NCBI GenBank assembly: GCA_002306085.1
Contig: DBRS01000014.1
Span: forward strand, 10,690 to 74,689
Source: Candidatus Moranbacteria bacterium UBA1362
GTDB lineage: Bacteria > Patescibacteriota > Minisyncoccia > Moranbacterales > GWC2-37-73
Direction: 5' to 3'
Length of the DNA: 64,000 nucleotides
The number at the start of each line of letters is the position of its first letter. The stretch's first letter is position 1. Both the position numbers and the translations under genes were made by a program. The notes under the pieces are model-generated. The model did not search any database and was not told the DNA's origin. It saw nothing but the letters and a program-made list of their open reading frames with translations. Positions 19,998-28,644 of this stretch are shown piece by piece.

Positions 19998-21326
19998 TCA
20001 ATCGAAAAGCTTCTTGTAGTTCTTGGACCAGTATACGATTCCGTTGTAATAGTTTTCATTGAAAGCTCCGAGGTAGTTGATGGAAGCTTTTTTTATGGCC
20101 GATTTGCTGTCCGAAGTCGCGCCAGCATCTCTTAATTTTATCGCCATCGCCGTAACGCCGTCCGTGAGATCCCATGGATCGGGAGTTTTGTGCCCTGTTT
20201 TTGCCGCTATCCGCGAAGAATAGCCTTTCCACACATCAGACATGAACTGCGCAACTCCCATTGCTCCTCCCTGCCCGATATAGCTGCTTGGAGAACATGA
20301 AACTTTTTTGTTCTTGCTATAACCCAAATCGTCAACCAAATCATAGAAAATATCCATTCTCTTGTAGAGAAGCTTAATTGATTTTTTATATTTTGATCCG
20401 TATTTTTTGTATCTTGCCACTGCCACTTTTTCAACTTCTTTATACGTACATTGTCCCGTATTGGCTCCCAGGTTCGTTTCCATCTTCAGAAACCCGTAAA
20501 GAACACCCTTCGGAACTCCGGTATTTTTGCTGGCGAATTCTACCGCTTCCTTTATATCCTTCGCGTTAAAAGATTTTCCGGTCAATATGCTCAGGTCAGC
20601 CTGTAATTCCGCGAGTTTCTCCTGCAATTCACTGACTGTCGCTTCTTGTTCTTCAACTTCCTCCTGCACGTTTACCTGCTGGACAACTAAATCTTTCTTC
20701 TGCCCAACCTTCTCGTCAAGTATTTCTTCATGTTGTTTTTTCGTTTCGGCTAGCTCGATCTTGTCGCGCTCCACCTGATTTTTTGTCTCGGCAATATCTT
20801 GCGAAATATTCATTATCTTATCCTCAAGCGTCATGAGATTATCAGCATTGGAAAAAACATCCCTAAAATTTTCCCCCGCCAAAACTATACTAATAACCGG
20901 CTGGCTCTTGATGTAATATATCTGCTGGAGAAAACTCTTCAGCATCGCTTTCTTAAGCTCTATTTGCTCGTTCAAGTTTTTAATTTCCTCCTCTTTGCGT
21001 GAAATAGTTTCTTCAGCGTCCTTTATCGCGGCCTGCGTCTTGTTTATAGCGGACTGCGTCGAAGAAACCGCGCTCTGAAGTTGTCCCAAAACACTCTGTT
21101 TTTCCTGCAGTTCCTTTTGCTCTTTTTCAAGTTTCTTCTCAAGATCCTTGATGCTGTCTTCCGTATCTTCTATTTCTTCCTTCTTTTCTTTTTCTTCATC
21201 TCCCGCTGAATCTCCATCAGCAGCAAAAGCGCCGGCGTTCCAAAAGGAAATCTGAGACAAAGCGAAAACAGGCAGGACAAGCGCCCACACAACAGCAAAC
21301 ATGATGTTTTTCTGCGCGTTATTCAT
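19998..21326 (-). CDS. Secreted coiled-coil protein with C-terminal lytic transglycosylase-like (MltB/SLT_2-type) domain
   Basis: 442 aa. It has an N-terminal signal or TM segment, about 200 aa of E/K-rich coiled coil, then a C-terminal domain with GAMGVAQFMSDVWKGY, resembling the GAMG.QFMP motif of MltB-type transglycosylases. Confidence 0.5.
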   Translation of the reverse strand: MNNAQKNIMFAVVWALVLPVFALSQISFWNAGAFAADGDSAGDEEKEKKEEIEDTEDSIKDLEKKLEKEQKELQEKQSVLGQLQSAVSSTQSAINKTQAAIKDAEETISRKEEEIKNLNEQIELKKAMLKSFLQQIYYIKSQPVISIVLAGENFRDVFSNADNLMTLEDKIMNISQDIAETKNQVERDKIELAETKKQHEEILDEKVGQKKDLVVQQVNVQEEVEEQEATVSELQEKLAELQADLSILTGKSFNAKDIKEAVEFASKNTGVPKGVLYGFLKMETNLGANTGQCTYKEVEKVAVARYKKYGSKYKKSIKLLYKRMDIFYDLVDDLGYSKNKKVSCSPSSYIGQGGAMGVAQFMSDVWKGYSSRIAAKTGHKTPDPWDLTDGVTAMAIKLRDAGATSDSKSAIKKASINYLGAFNENYYNGIVYWSKNYKKLFD

Positions 21327-21552
21327 ATTTTTATTTTAGCATGCCCGTTAAGATAAGCAAACACCGGATAATTTCAAATTTTGAATTTTGAATAAATTTT
21401 TAATGTTTTATTTTTTAAACATTCAATCATTCAAGCTTGATCCGAGATCAAAATTCATAATTCAAAATTTTTTATTATAATCTTTACATCTTCTTATTTT
21501 TATATTATAATATTTTGGTTGTAATATAAAAATGCTTTAACAGAACAAACAC

Positions 21553-22515
21553 ATGCTGATAGATGATATAAAAATTGAAGTGTCTGCGGGAAACGGCGGA
21601 AAGGGATGCGTTGCTTTTAACAAGAACCTCATGAGTCTCGGCCCCGCTGGCGGGAATGGCGGAAAAGGCGGCGATGTCATTTTTCAGGGCGTTTCAGATC
21701 TTAACGCGCTTGGACAATTTCGCTATAAAAAGCAAATTTTTGCCGAAAACGGACGCGACGGCAAAGGACAATTTTGCGACGGACCGGACGGAAAAGATCT
21801 TGTGGTGAAAGTTCCGATCGGAACCGTAATTCATAACCTCGATACCGGGATAAGTCCCGAAATTACCAAAGTCGGACAACAATTGACAGTTGCGAAAGGA
21901 GGACGCGGCGGCAGAGGCAATTTTTTGTTCCGCTCCTCGAGAAACACCACTCCGAAACAATTTGAAGAAGGAAAAGAGGGCCAGCATCTTAATATACGTC
22001 TGGAACTTAAACTTATTGCCGACGTTGGGTTCGTGGGCCTTCCGAACGTAGGAAAATCAAGCCTTCTCAATGAAATCACCAATGCCAGCGCAAAGGTGGC
22101 CAATTATCAATTCACCACGCTTGAACCTAACCTCGGCGTTCACTGCGGGCTTATCCTTGCGGACATTCCCGGACTCATCGAAGGCGCATCCGCCGGAAAA
22201 GGACTTGGCATAAAATTCCTAAAACACATCGAGCGCACAAAAATACTTTTTCATTTTATTTCAGCCGAATCGGAAAATCCCGCAAAAGACTACAAACTTA
22301 TCAGAAAAGAATTGGGCAAGTATAACAAAAATCTACTTAGCAAGTCGGAATATGTTTTTTTGAGCAAAACAGACAATGTTTTGCCTGAAGATGTTAAGAA
22401 AAAAATCAAAAGACTTGAAAAAATTTCCAAAAAGATTCTACCTATTTCCATCCACGACTGGGACAGCTTGCAGAAAGTCAAGGACTTGCTTAATAAAATC
22501 GAGAAAGAAAAATAA
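21553..22515 (+). CDS. obg: GTPase Obg/CgtA (without long C-terminal domain)
   Basis: 320 aa. It has an N-terminal glycine-rich Obg fold (GGKGCVAF...GGNGGKGGDVIF), a G1 motif (GLPNVGKSS) and a G3 motif (ADIPGLIEGAS). Confidence 0.9.
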   Translation: MLIDDIKIEVSAGNGGKGCVAFNKNLMSLGPAGGNGGKGGDVIFQGVSDLNALGQFRYKKQIFAENGRDGKGQFCDGPDGKDLVVKVPIGTVIHNLDTGISPEITKVGQQLTVAKGGRGGRGNFLFRSSRNTTPKQFEEGKEGQHLNIRLELKLIADVGFVGLPNVGKSSLLNEITNASAKVANYQFTTLEPNLGVHCGLILADIPGLIEGASAGKGLGIKFLKHIERTKILFHFISAESENPAKDYKLIRKELGKYNKNLLSKSEYVFLSKTDNVLPEDVKKKIKRLEKISKKILPISIHDWDSLQKVKDLLNKIEKEK

Positions 22516-22807
22516 CATCTTGTTGTCATTCCGGCCATTAAGCTGAAGCCCAGAAAAACATCTCTTTCGGATTCCCGCTTTTCTGTCGCTTTGCTTCCTT
22601 TGCCATGCAAAGCATTGCAAGCAAGCAGGAGAATGACATTGCTTATCTTGTTACGTAGCATAGAGGCCTCTATAGAGGTCTCTATTTAAAAACACCATTT
22701 ATATGTTTTGAAAAATTTTAGAAACCAGTCTTATAAGATTTTCATTTTACAGATGGCCGCATAATTATGAAAATTTTGCATTTTCTGAAAAATTGGTGTC
22801 CAGAATT

Positions 22808-24115
22808 TTAATTAACGGCCAATCCGCTTGGCACGGCAGGTGCGATTGCATCTTCGCTTCCCGAGTTTCCAAAAGTTATCGGGTGTCCAGTTTCATTTGC
22901 TGTTCCATCCGAATCAACAACATATAGATAAGCAGTTGAACCATCTGGAAATGACCCCTGATTTAAACTTATTGTAATTGACTGTCCGTTTGAGTTCCAA
23001 GCAGTCGCAGGCTGAACTTCCAAATGATTACATGTTGAATACGTTGGAGCATTGCCGATAACAACGCGTGAAGGAGTGTTATCAACATATATATCGTCCA
23101 TCCATGTTTTAACTAAAGTTGGAGAATATACACCACCAGTATGCCATCCTATCGCCCAAATTTCATTGAAAACAAGATCCGCGCCCGCCCAATCTATCAC
23201 ATCATACATAGCAACTCCATCAACAAGCAATGTGTAGGTACGATTAACACTATCAAATATTGCTTCAAAAAAATGCCATACGTTTATCGCTGGATTATTT
23301 TCCCTCCATACGTTTCCGAATACATTCGGATTATCATAAACATATGCCTGTTGTTGTGTCCATGAGAAAGTTTTGTTGACTATGTCTGAATGATCTGAAA
23401 CCCTTAAAAACTTCGAGCTATGATTTCTAGTAGCCACATAGTTTGTTCCAATTCCGTTTGAACCAAAACTAAAGGTAGCTTTATCGGTCCACGGAGCATA
23501 TATTTGAAAGGTATCGGCAGTCGGATTTTTGACATAATACGTATCGCCAGGATTTATGTTGACAGGCAATTCTCCTCCGGCAAAAAACATGACAGGATTA
23601 TCTTCAACATATTCATGGTTTGCAACCGTTATGCTATCAGTGCTATCATCAAAGCTACAAGGAAGCTGATCGCTAACAAAAACGTTTGCATCAGCTTTCC
23701 ACCACCACGAAATATATAAATAGTTCGCCCCCGGAACATAATGCGTGCTCATTGCATTTACTCCGCCTGAACTATGATAATTAGCAGATGATTTACCCCT
23801 CTGTTCGCTTCTAATGGAATTATATTTAGTAGCGTTATATATATTACCTTCCCACGGATAGTCGGAACCGACTGGAATTTTCGCATCATTAGATAGTCCC
23901 GAATACTGGTTTTCAACTGTATCCCAAAGATTGGGCAATGCGGTAGTTTTCGTGCCAAATTCTATTCCTGAAATCATCACAGAATTTCCATGTGATATCG
24001 TTCCATTTACTGCACTGATACTTGGCGCGGCTTGAGAAATATTTGCAAAACAAAAAAGGCAAAATACCAACACGCATTTGATTATTCTACTTCTTTTTAT
24101 TTTTTTAATGCGCAT
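22808..24115 (-). CDS. Secreted hypothetical protein (signal peptide; W/Y/N-rich, possibly lectin/LamG-like beta-sandwich)
   Basis: 435 aa with signal peptide MRIKKIKRSRIIKCVLVFCLFCFANISQA. No recognisable catalytic motif was found. Confidence 0.3.
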   Translation of the reverse strand: MRIKKIKRSRIIKCVLVFCLFCFANISQAAPSISAVNGTISHGNSVMISGIEFGTKTTALPNLWDTVENQYSGLSNDAKIPVGSDYPWEGNIYNATKYNSIRSEQRGKSSANYHSSGGVNAMSTHYVPGANYLYISWWWKADANVFVSDQLPCSFDDSTDSITVANHEYVEDNPVMFFAGGELPVNINPGDTYYVKNPTADTFQIYAPWTDKATFSFGSNGIGTNYVATRNHSSKFLRVSDHSDIVNKTFSWTQQQAYVYDNPNVFGNVWRENNPAINVWHFFEAIFDSVNRTYTLLVDGVAMYDVIDWAGADLVFNEIWAIGWHTGGVYSPTLVKTWMDDIYVDNTPSRVVIGNAPTYSTCNHLEVQPATAWNSNGQSITISLNQGSFPDGSTAYLYVVDSDGTANETGHPITFGNSGSEDAIAPAVPSGLAVN

Positions 24116-24186
24116 TATTGTGTATGCCGATTATTTTTTGTGCTTAACGGCCAAAGTTTGTAAACATGTAAAATCGCGAAATTATA

Positions 24187-24573
24187 TTATATATGTTCGC
24201 GGTTGTGACGTTTTTTTGAAGGTTCGAAATGGTGGAGAACCGTATTGATCAGCCAAAGAACAAGACTGAAAGCAAGAGCCCACCAAAAATTTGTTATATG
24301 AAATCCCGGAACGATTGCGCTGGTCACCATCACAAGAAAAGCGTTTATTACAAATGTGAATAAACCTAGAGTGACTATTTCTATCGGTAGCGTAAGAATT
24401 ATCAAGATAGGCTTGATTATTGTGTTCAAAAATCCGAGCACCACCGCCACAACGAGCGCCACAAAAAAGCTCTGCACAAAAATCGCTTCATCAGGCAGGA
24501 TATACGCGGCAATCATCACCGCCAGTGTCGATAAAAACCAATGGATGACAGGCCTCATATTTATTGATAACAA
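24187..24573 (-). CDS. Phage holin family (DUF360-type) 4-TM membrane protein
   Basis: 128 aa. IIKPILIILTLPIEIVTLGLFTFVINAFLVMVTSAIVPGFHITNFWWALAFSLVLWLINTV matches the LTLP..TLGLF..N.....PGFH pattern of the holin superfamily IV / DUF360. Confidence 0.6.
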   Translation of the reverse strand: MLSINMRPVIHWFLSTLAVMIAAYILPDEAIFVQSFFVALVVAVVLGFLNTIIKPILIILTLPIEIVTLGLFTFVINAFLVMVTSAIVPGFHITNFWWALAFSLVLWLINTVLHHFEPSKKRHNREHI

Positions 24574-24663
24574 ATGATATTAGTAGCAGGCCTGATCTTC
24601 ATTCGTAAGTCCCGGAAAATAAAAACCTGCAATCAACAACTTATAACCAGATATCCATCTACA

Positions 24664-25638
24664 TTATACCCTATTTTTCCTTAAAAATATCTTGACGACA
24701 TGCCACGCTTGCTTTGCGCTTTTGGTTCCCATCAATTCTGTTCTCAAACCTTTTGCCCCATCAAAACCGCTTGCGTAGACTGCATAATGTTTTTTAATCA
24801 CGTTGTAATTTTTTGTGCCCTTTAAAAATTTTTCAAACAATCTGGCATGCTCAATCATTGCTTCAAGACGTTCTGCAACGGGAACATTTTCAATTTTAAC
24901 CTTGTGGTTGAAAAACCAGGGATTTCCCAAAACTCCCCTTCCTACCATAATCCCATCCACTCCCGATTCTTTCGCTTTTCGCACTCCGTCTTTGCGGCTT
25001 TTTATATCACCGTTGCCGATTATCACAACTCCGCTGCCTTTTGCAATCTCAACCGCGCGCTTGATTGCGTCCCAATCCGCCGTGCCGGCAAATGATTGTT
25101 TTTTTGTGCGCCCGTGAACTATTATGGCTGCAGGTTTTTCCGACAAAAGTTCGGCAAGCCACGACTCAATTTCATTTTCGCTCCAGCCGATCCTCGTTTT
25201 TACTGAAACAGGCAGATCGCCCGCACCTTTTTTTGCCGCCCGAATTATTTCCCTCGCCCGCTTGGGATTTTTCATAAGCGCCGCTCCCGCTCCCTGATCG
25301 ACGATGCTCTTGTCAGGACATCCCATGTTGATGTCGATCCCGTCAAAACCGAGTTTTCTTGCGACTTCCGCGCAATATCGAAAATTTTCCGGCCTTGCGC
25401 CGAAAAATTGCGCCACAATAAGATGTTCATCCTCGAGAAACCTCAAATTTTTCATCAATATTTTCTTTGCGTCTTTATTGACCAATCCGTCGCAAGCGAC
25501 AAATTCTGTGAAAAGAACATCCGGTTTGCCATACTTAACAAGCATCTGCCTCGTGGCGATGTCGGTAACGTCATGCATCGGAGCCAGCACAAAGAACGGC
25601 TTTTTCTTCTTTGCCAATTTTTGCCAAAAATTATTCAT
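24664..25638 (-). CDS. dus: tRNA-dihydrouridine synthase
   Basis: 324 aa. The FMN TIM-barrel motifs are FVLAPMHDVTD and GIDINMGCPDKSIV (catalytic Cys). Confidence 0.85.
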   Translation of the reverse strand: MNNFWQKLAKKKKPFFVLAPMHDVTDIATRQMLVKYGKPDVLFTEFVACDGLVNKDAKKILMKNLRFLEDEHLIVAQFFGARPENFRYCAEVARKLGFDGIDINMGCPDKSIVDQGAGAALMKNPKRAREIIRAAKKGAGDLPVSVKTRIGWSENEIESWLAELLSEKPAAIIVHGRTKKQSFAGTADWDAIKRAVEIAKGSGVVIIGNGDIKSRKDGVRKAKESGVDGIMVGRGVLGNPWFFNHKVKIENVPVAERLEAMIEHARLFEKFLKGTKNYNVIKKHYAVYASGFDGAKGLRTELMGTKSAKQAWHVVKIFLRKNRV

Positions 25639-25685
25639 AAATAAAGATTACTATATAAGCAAGAAAAGCGCCAAGAAATTATAAA

Positions 25686-25784
25686 GAGCCAAACAATTGT
25701 TTTTTGCGGCTTCCGCATGAATGCATCATAAACCAGGTTTGTGATGCATGAATGTAAGGCAAGCAAAAAATAATTGTTTGGCTC
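25686..25784. repeat. 99-bp element with 22-bp near-perfect terminal inverted repeats
   Basis: The arm gagccaaacaattgttttttgc lies at 25686-25707 and gcaaaaaataattgtttggctc at 25763-25784 (one mismatch). The 55-bp loop contains the direct repeat gcatgaatg twice. It sits just downstream of the minus-strand gene ending at 25799. Confidence 0.6.
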
Positions 25785-25798
25785 AGTCCAAAATCTAG

Positions 25799-26170
25799 CT
25801 ATTCTACGGTTTTTCCCAAGTTCGTCTTCTTAAAATTCACTTTCCAGACCGGTTCGTAAACATTGTCAAATTCATCCTTGGCAACAACCGTTTCTCCTTT
25901 CATGAGTGTTGAAATAGCAATATCATTCAGCATTTCTTTTTGCGAATCGACTTCCAGTTTCAAGTCTTCCAGTTTTTCATATGACCTTCCCAATTGCGCC
26001 TGTATCCTTGTTTCGATCGCCTTCTTCTTTTCTCGCAATTCCTTAATCTTTTCCACGATTTCTTCATACTCGTCAGTCTGCACGAGCGCGTCCTTATACA
26101 TGTCGCGCAGATCCTTCTGCTCTTTTTTCATCTCACGGATTTTGTTGAACACTTCTTGAACGTTTTGCAT
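25799..26170 (-). CDS. Hypothetical coiled-coil protein
   Basis: 123 aa and highly charged (KELREKKKAIETRIQAQLGRSYEKLEDLKLEV). No known domain was found. Confidence 0.4.
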   Translation of the reverse strand: MQNVQEVFNKIREMKKEQKDLRDMYKDALVQTDEYEEIVEKIKELREKKKAIETRIQAQLGRSYEKLEDLKLEVDSQKEMLNDIAISTLMKGETVVAKDEFDNVYEPVWKVNFKKTNLGKTVE

Positions 26171-26317
26171 ACTATTTTAGTATGGATTAAATGATTATTT
26201 TGCGATGACGAAATCAATGATAGCACATTTTGTAAAATCCAAAAAGAAAAAGCGCCGCAGCTCCCATGTGTGGGAACCGCGACGCATGCATGCTTCAGCG
26301 CCGTCACAATCTTATTT

Positions 26318-26737
26318 TCATACCGCAAACAGATGATTGGGATCCGCTATCCCAATATACTTGTGGAAAATCGGTATTTTGTCACCATAATGGCAGACGC
26401 TCAAAATCCTTACGTGCACGTGATATCCTTTTTTGATCGCATCTGTCAAAGACTTCCTATGCTGATGCAAATTATTCACGACCATAGAGCCTGTGGTGCC
26501 ATCTTCTCTTCTAAAGAAAATTTTACCTTTCCATACCTGTAATTTGACTGGGGCCAATTCAATCGTTTCCTCTTTGCGAAAAATACATCTGATCTGAGGT
26601 GCACTATAACATGCCCAAGCTATTCGTGAAAACCAACCTGCCGCAAAACAAGCAACACCAATTACTATGACCGTTATAATTGTCATATAACCTCCTCCCG
26701 GGATAAATTTTTGAATGTCAAAAAACTGAAGTGCCAT
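26318..26737 (-). CDS. Hypothetical protein with N-terminal TM anchor
   Basis: 139-aa ORF. The TM helix is TIITVIVIGVACFAAGWF. The start may instead be the internal Met at ~26686. Confidence 0.35.
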   Translation of the reverse strand: MALQFFDIQKFIPGGGYMTIITVIVIGVACFAAGWFSRIAWACYSAPQIRCIFRKEETIELAPVKLQVWKGKIFFRREDGTTGSMVVNNLHQHRKSLTDAIKKGYHVHVRILSVCHYGDKIPIFHKYIGIADPNHLFAV

Positions 26738-26892
26738 GAAAAACCCATTTTTTCTTTACTTCAAGATATTATCAAACAAAAATAAAGGCAAACCCAATTA
26801 TTCACACAACCACATGAAGTAGCATGGTAGCAGAAAAGAACCTGTATACATGGAAAAATTTTCGCAACCGTAAGTTTCTCGATACGTGCCTC

Positions 26893-26924
26893 AAACTGTT
26901 ATGTAACATGTTACATAACAGTTT
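26893..26924. promoter_or_regulatory. Perfect 32-bp palindrome (candidate operator) upstream of gene 26318..26737
   Basis: aaactgttatgtaacatgttacataacagttt is exactly self-complementary. Confidence 0.5.
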
Positions 26925-26950
26925 ATATAACACTTTACGCAACAGATTTG

Positions 26951-26985
26951 GAAAAAGAAAAGGCCGATACTTTGTGGTATCGGCC
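26951..26985 (-). terminator. Rho-independent terminator of gene 27023..27436
   Basis: 9-bp perfect stem ggccgatac/gtatcggcc, followed on the minus strand by ttttctttttcc. Confidence 0.7.
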
Positions 26986-27022
26986 ACTTGAAATGATATT
27001 TCATAACCAAATCAACCGTTCA

Positions 27023-27436
27023 TCAGGCCACTCGCCTCCCTTGCTTCCTCAGCTTTTTCTCCAACTCTTCTTCCCGCTTCTTCTGTTGTTTAACGTGCAC
27101 TGAAAAGCAAATCCGTTTCAACCACTCCTCTTTCTTAAATTCCGACGTTGAAAAAGAAACTCCTATGATGTGCTCACCGTGATTGAGGGATCTTATCTGG
27201 CGATGAAAAACTGCACTATTCAAAAATGATTCACTGATGATTTCCATGATATGTTTCTTGCTTCCATGTTGCGCATCATTTGAATTTTCATCGCCATTGT
27301 CCTCACTATCTTGGTGAAAATGTTCCGGGCAATTGACTACTATTTCGACATTACCGCCACAACTCCTGAGAGTCGCGGAAACATATGTTTCATCCTGCGT
27401 CTTAATTAGAATCTCAAACACACCCTTTGATTCCAC
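27023..27436 (-). CDS. Hypothetical protein
   Basis: 137 aa with an acidic and His-rich middle region. No known domain was found. Confidence 0.35.
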   Translation of the reverse strand: MESKGVFEILIKTQDETYVSATLRSCGGNVEIVVNCPEHFHQDSEDNGDENSNDAQHGSKKHIMEIISESFLNSAVFHRQIRSLNHGEHIIGVSFSTSEFKKEEWLKRICFSVHVKQQKKREEELEKKLRKQGRRVA

Positions 27437-27564
27437 ATCTCCCCTCCTGAAATTTGGCTCATATTGATTACAATTTTAAACAACAACCTATCTCTGCTGC
27501 AAATGAAAAATCCTTTATCTATAATACAACACAAAAGCTCATATTTTGCAAATAGAACGATAAA

Positions 27565-27600
27565 TGAAAAAGAGGGCGCGAAGCCCTCTTTGTAGTTTTT
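27565..27600. terminator. Bidirectional hairpin terminator (agagggc-gcgaa-gccctct)
   Basis: The stem-loop is flanked by A-run and T-run on both sides. It terminates the minus-strand gene 27737..28438. Confidence 0.6.
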
Positions 27601-27626
27601 ATGAGTCTTTTTTATCTTTGACTCTT

Positions 27627-27690
27627 CCCCACGCCAACAGAGATTAAGATGAATTACTCTCGGTTGGTGTGGGGATTTTTTTGTTTTTTT
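27627..27690 (+). terminator. Strong plus-strand hairpin plus T-run with no upstream plus-strand gene
   Basis: ccccacgccaacagag...ctctcggttggtgtgggg followed by attttttttgtttttttgttttt. It may be a second terminator or the 3' end of an unannotated small RNA. Confidence 0.45.
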
Positions 27691-27736
27691 GTTTTTGTTA
27701 TTAAGTTTTTCTCACTGTATTTAAATTTTTCAATTT

Positions 27737-28438
27737 TCACAGATACTCAGACAGCTTGTCGTAATAGTATGTAATATCCCTTATCCATTTCTGTTCGCTG
27801 GAATCGCCTTGACATCCTTTGTAGCCACATTTCCAGACAACCATTTTATTCGGAGTATCAAGCTTTTCTTCGTTGATCATCTGGCTGATTCTGGCCGCCA
27901 CAGTTTCGACGGCCTCCCTTGGAGAGTTGAAGCACGAATGTCCTCCGCTTCCCGTTTTTTCAGTTTTCATACGAAAGCCCCAATAATTGTAGCAGTCTTT
28001 TCCGTTGAGTACAGGCTTACGCTTGCCCCAGTTGCTTTCTTTCTTGGCAATGCTTACCAAAAATGCGGCTACCTGCGGATCCTGCATGGCTATATACGGA
28101 GCCATTTTTCCGATCGGATAGCCTTTCACCATTTTTTTTATTTCCATCTCGAAAGCTATGTTCCTTTTTTCCTCTTCCACAACTATCGGTTCTTCACCAA
28201 AACCTTTGACAAGAAAAAAGGCTGCCGCGACAGTAATCGAAAAAATGAACAGTAGCACGGGAACCAAAACTATGCTCCTATCTTTGCGGAGGTTTCCCAT
28301 CGTGAGCGGCATCGCAATTGCAGTTTTCACCGGCTTGCTACTGCGTTTCCGCAAACATGAAGACCTTTTTTTGGGAAGTTTTTTGTTTTTTTTGGAGATT
28401 TTTCTCATTTTTTTGTTTTTGAAAGCAAAAACGGGCAA
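27737..28438 (-). CDS. Membrane-anchored hypothetical protein, possible peptidoglycan hydrolase-like (ESxWG motif)
   Basis: 233-aa ORF. The probable true start is the internal MPLTMGNLRK, followed by a TM helix. AKKESNWGK resembles the E-S-G-W-G catalytic region of glucosaminidase/FlgJ-like domains. The C-terminus is Cys-rich. Confidence 0.3.
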   Translation of the reverse strand: MPVFAFKNKKMRKISKKNKKLPKKRSSCLRKRSSKPVKTAIAMPLTMGNLRKDRSIVLVPVLLFIFSITVAAAFFLVKGFGEEPIVVEEEKRNIAFEMEIKKMVKGYPIGKMAPYIAMQDPQVAAFLVSIAKKESNWGKRKPVLNGKDCYNYWGFRMKTEKTGSGGHSCFNSPREAVETVAARISQMINEEKLDTPNKMVVWKCGYKGCQGDSSEQKWIRDITYYYDKLSEYL

Positions 28439-28644
28439 CCACCCGTTTCTACCCTATCTTTATCCCATATATCTATTATACACCTTTTTGGGTAAAAAAT
28501 CAACCCCCGCTAAGAAACTGACAAGCCATTGATATATCATCAAGTATTTTTAAATCTTAAATAATATATCTCATGACCGATCGTTCTTATTTTTCGATTG
28601 ATCAGCTCTTAACGGAATTGATAATGGTGGCAAAGAAACACAAA

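Noticed and set aside
22516-22807. Small ORFs 22290..22661 and 22438..22620 (minus) between obg and the secreted protein
   Set aside because: They overlap the obg 3' end and the spacer. They have no RBS and no homology, and are likely spurious.
24187-24573. Prophage region (holin family protein, nearby lytic transglycosylase and M23 peptidase)
   Set aside because: No terminase, portal, capsid, tail or integrase genes are present anywhere in the window. DUF360 'holin-family' proteins and LT/M23 enzymes are common chromosomal genes.
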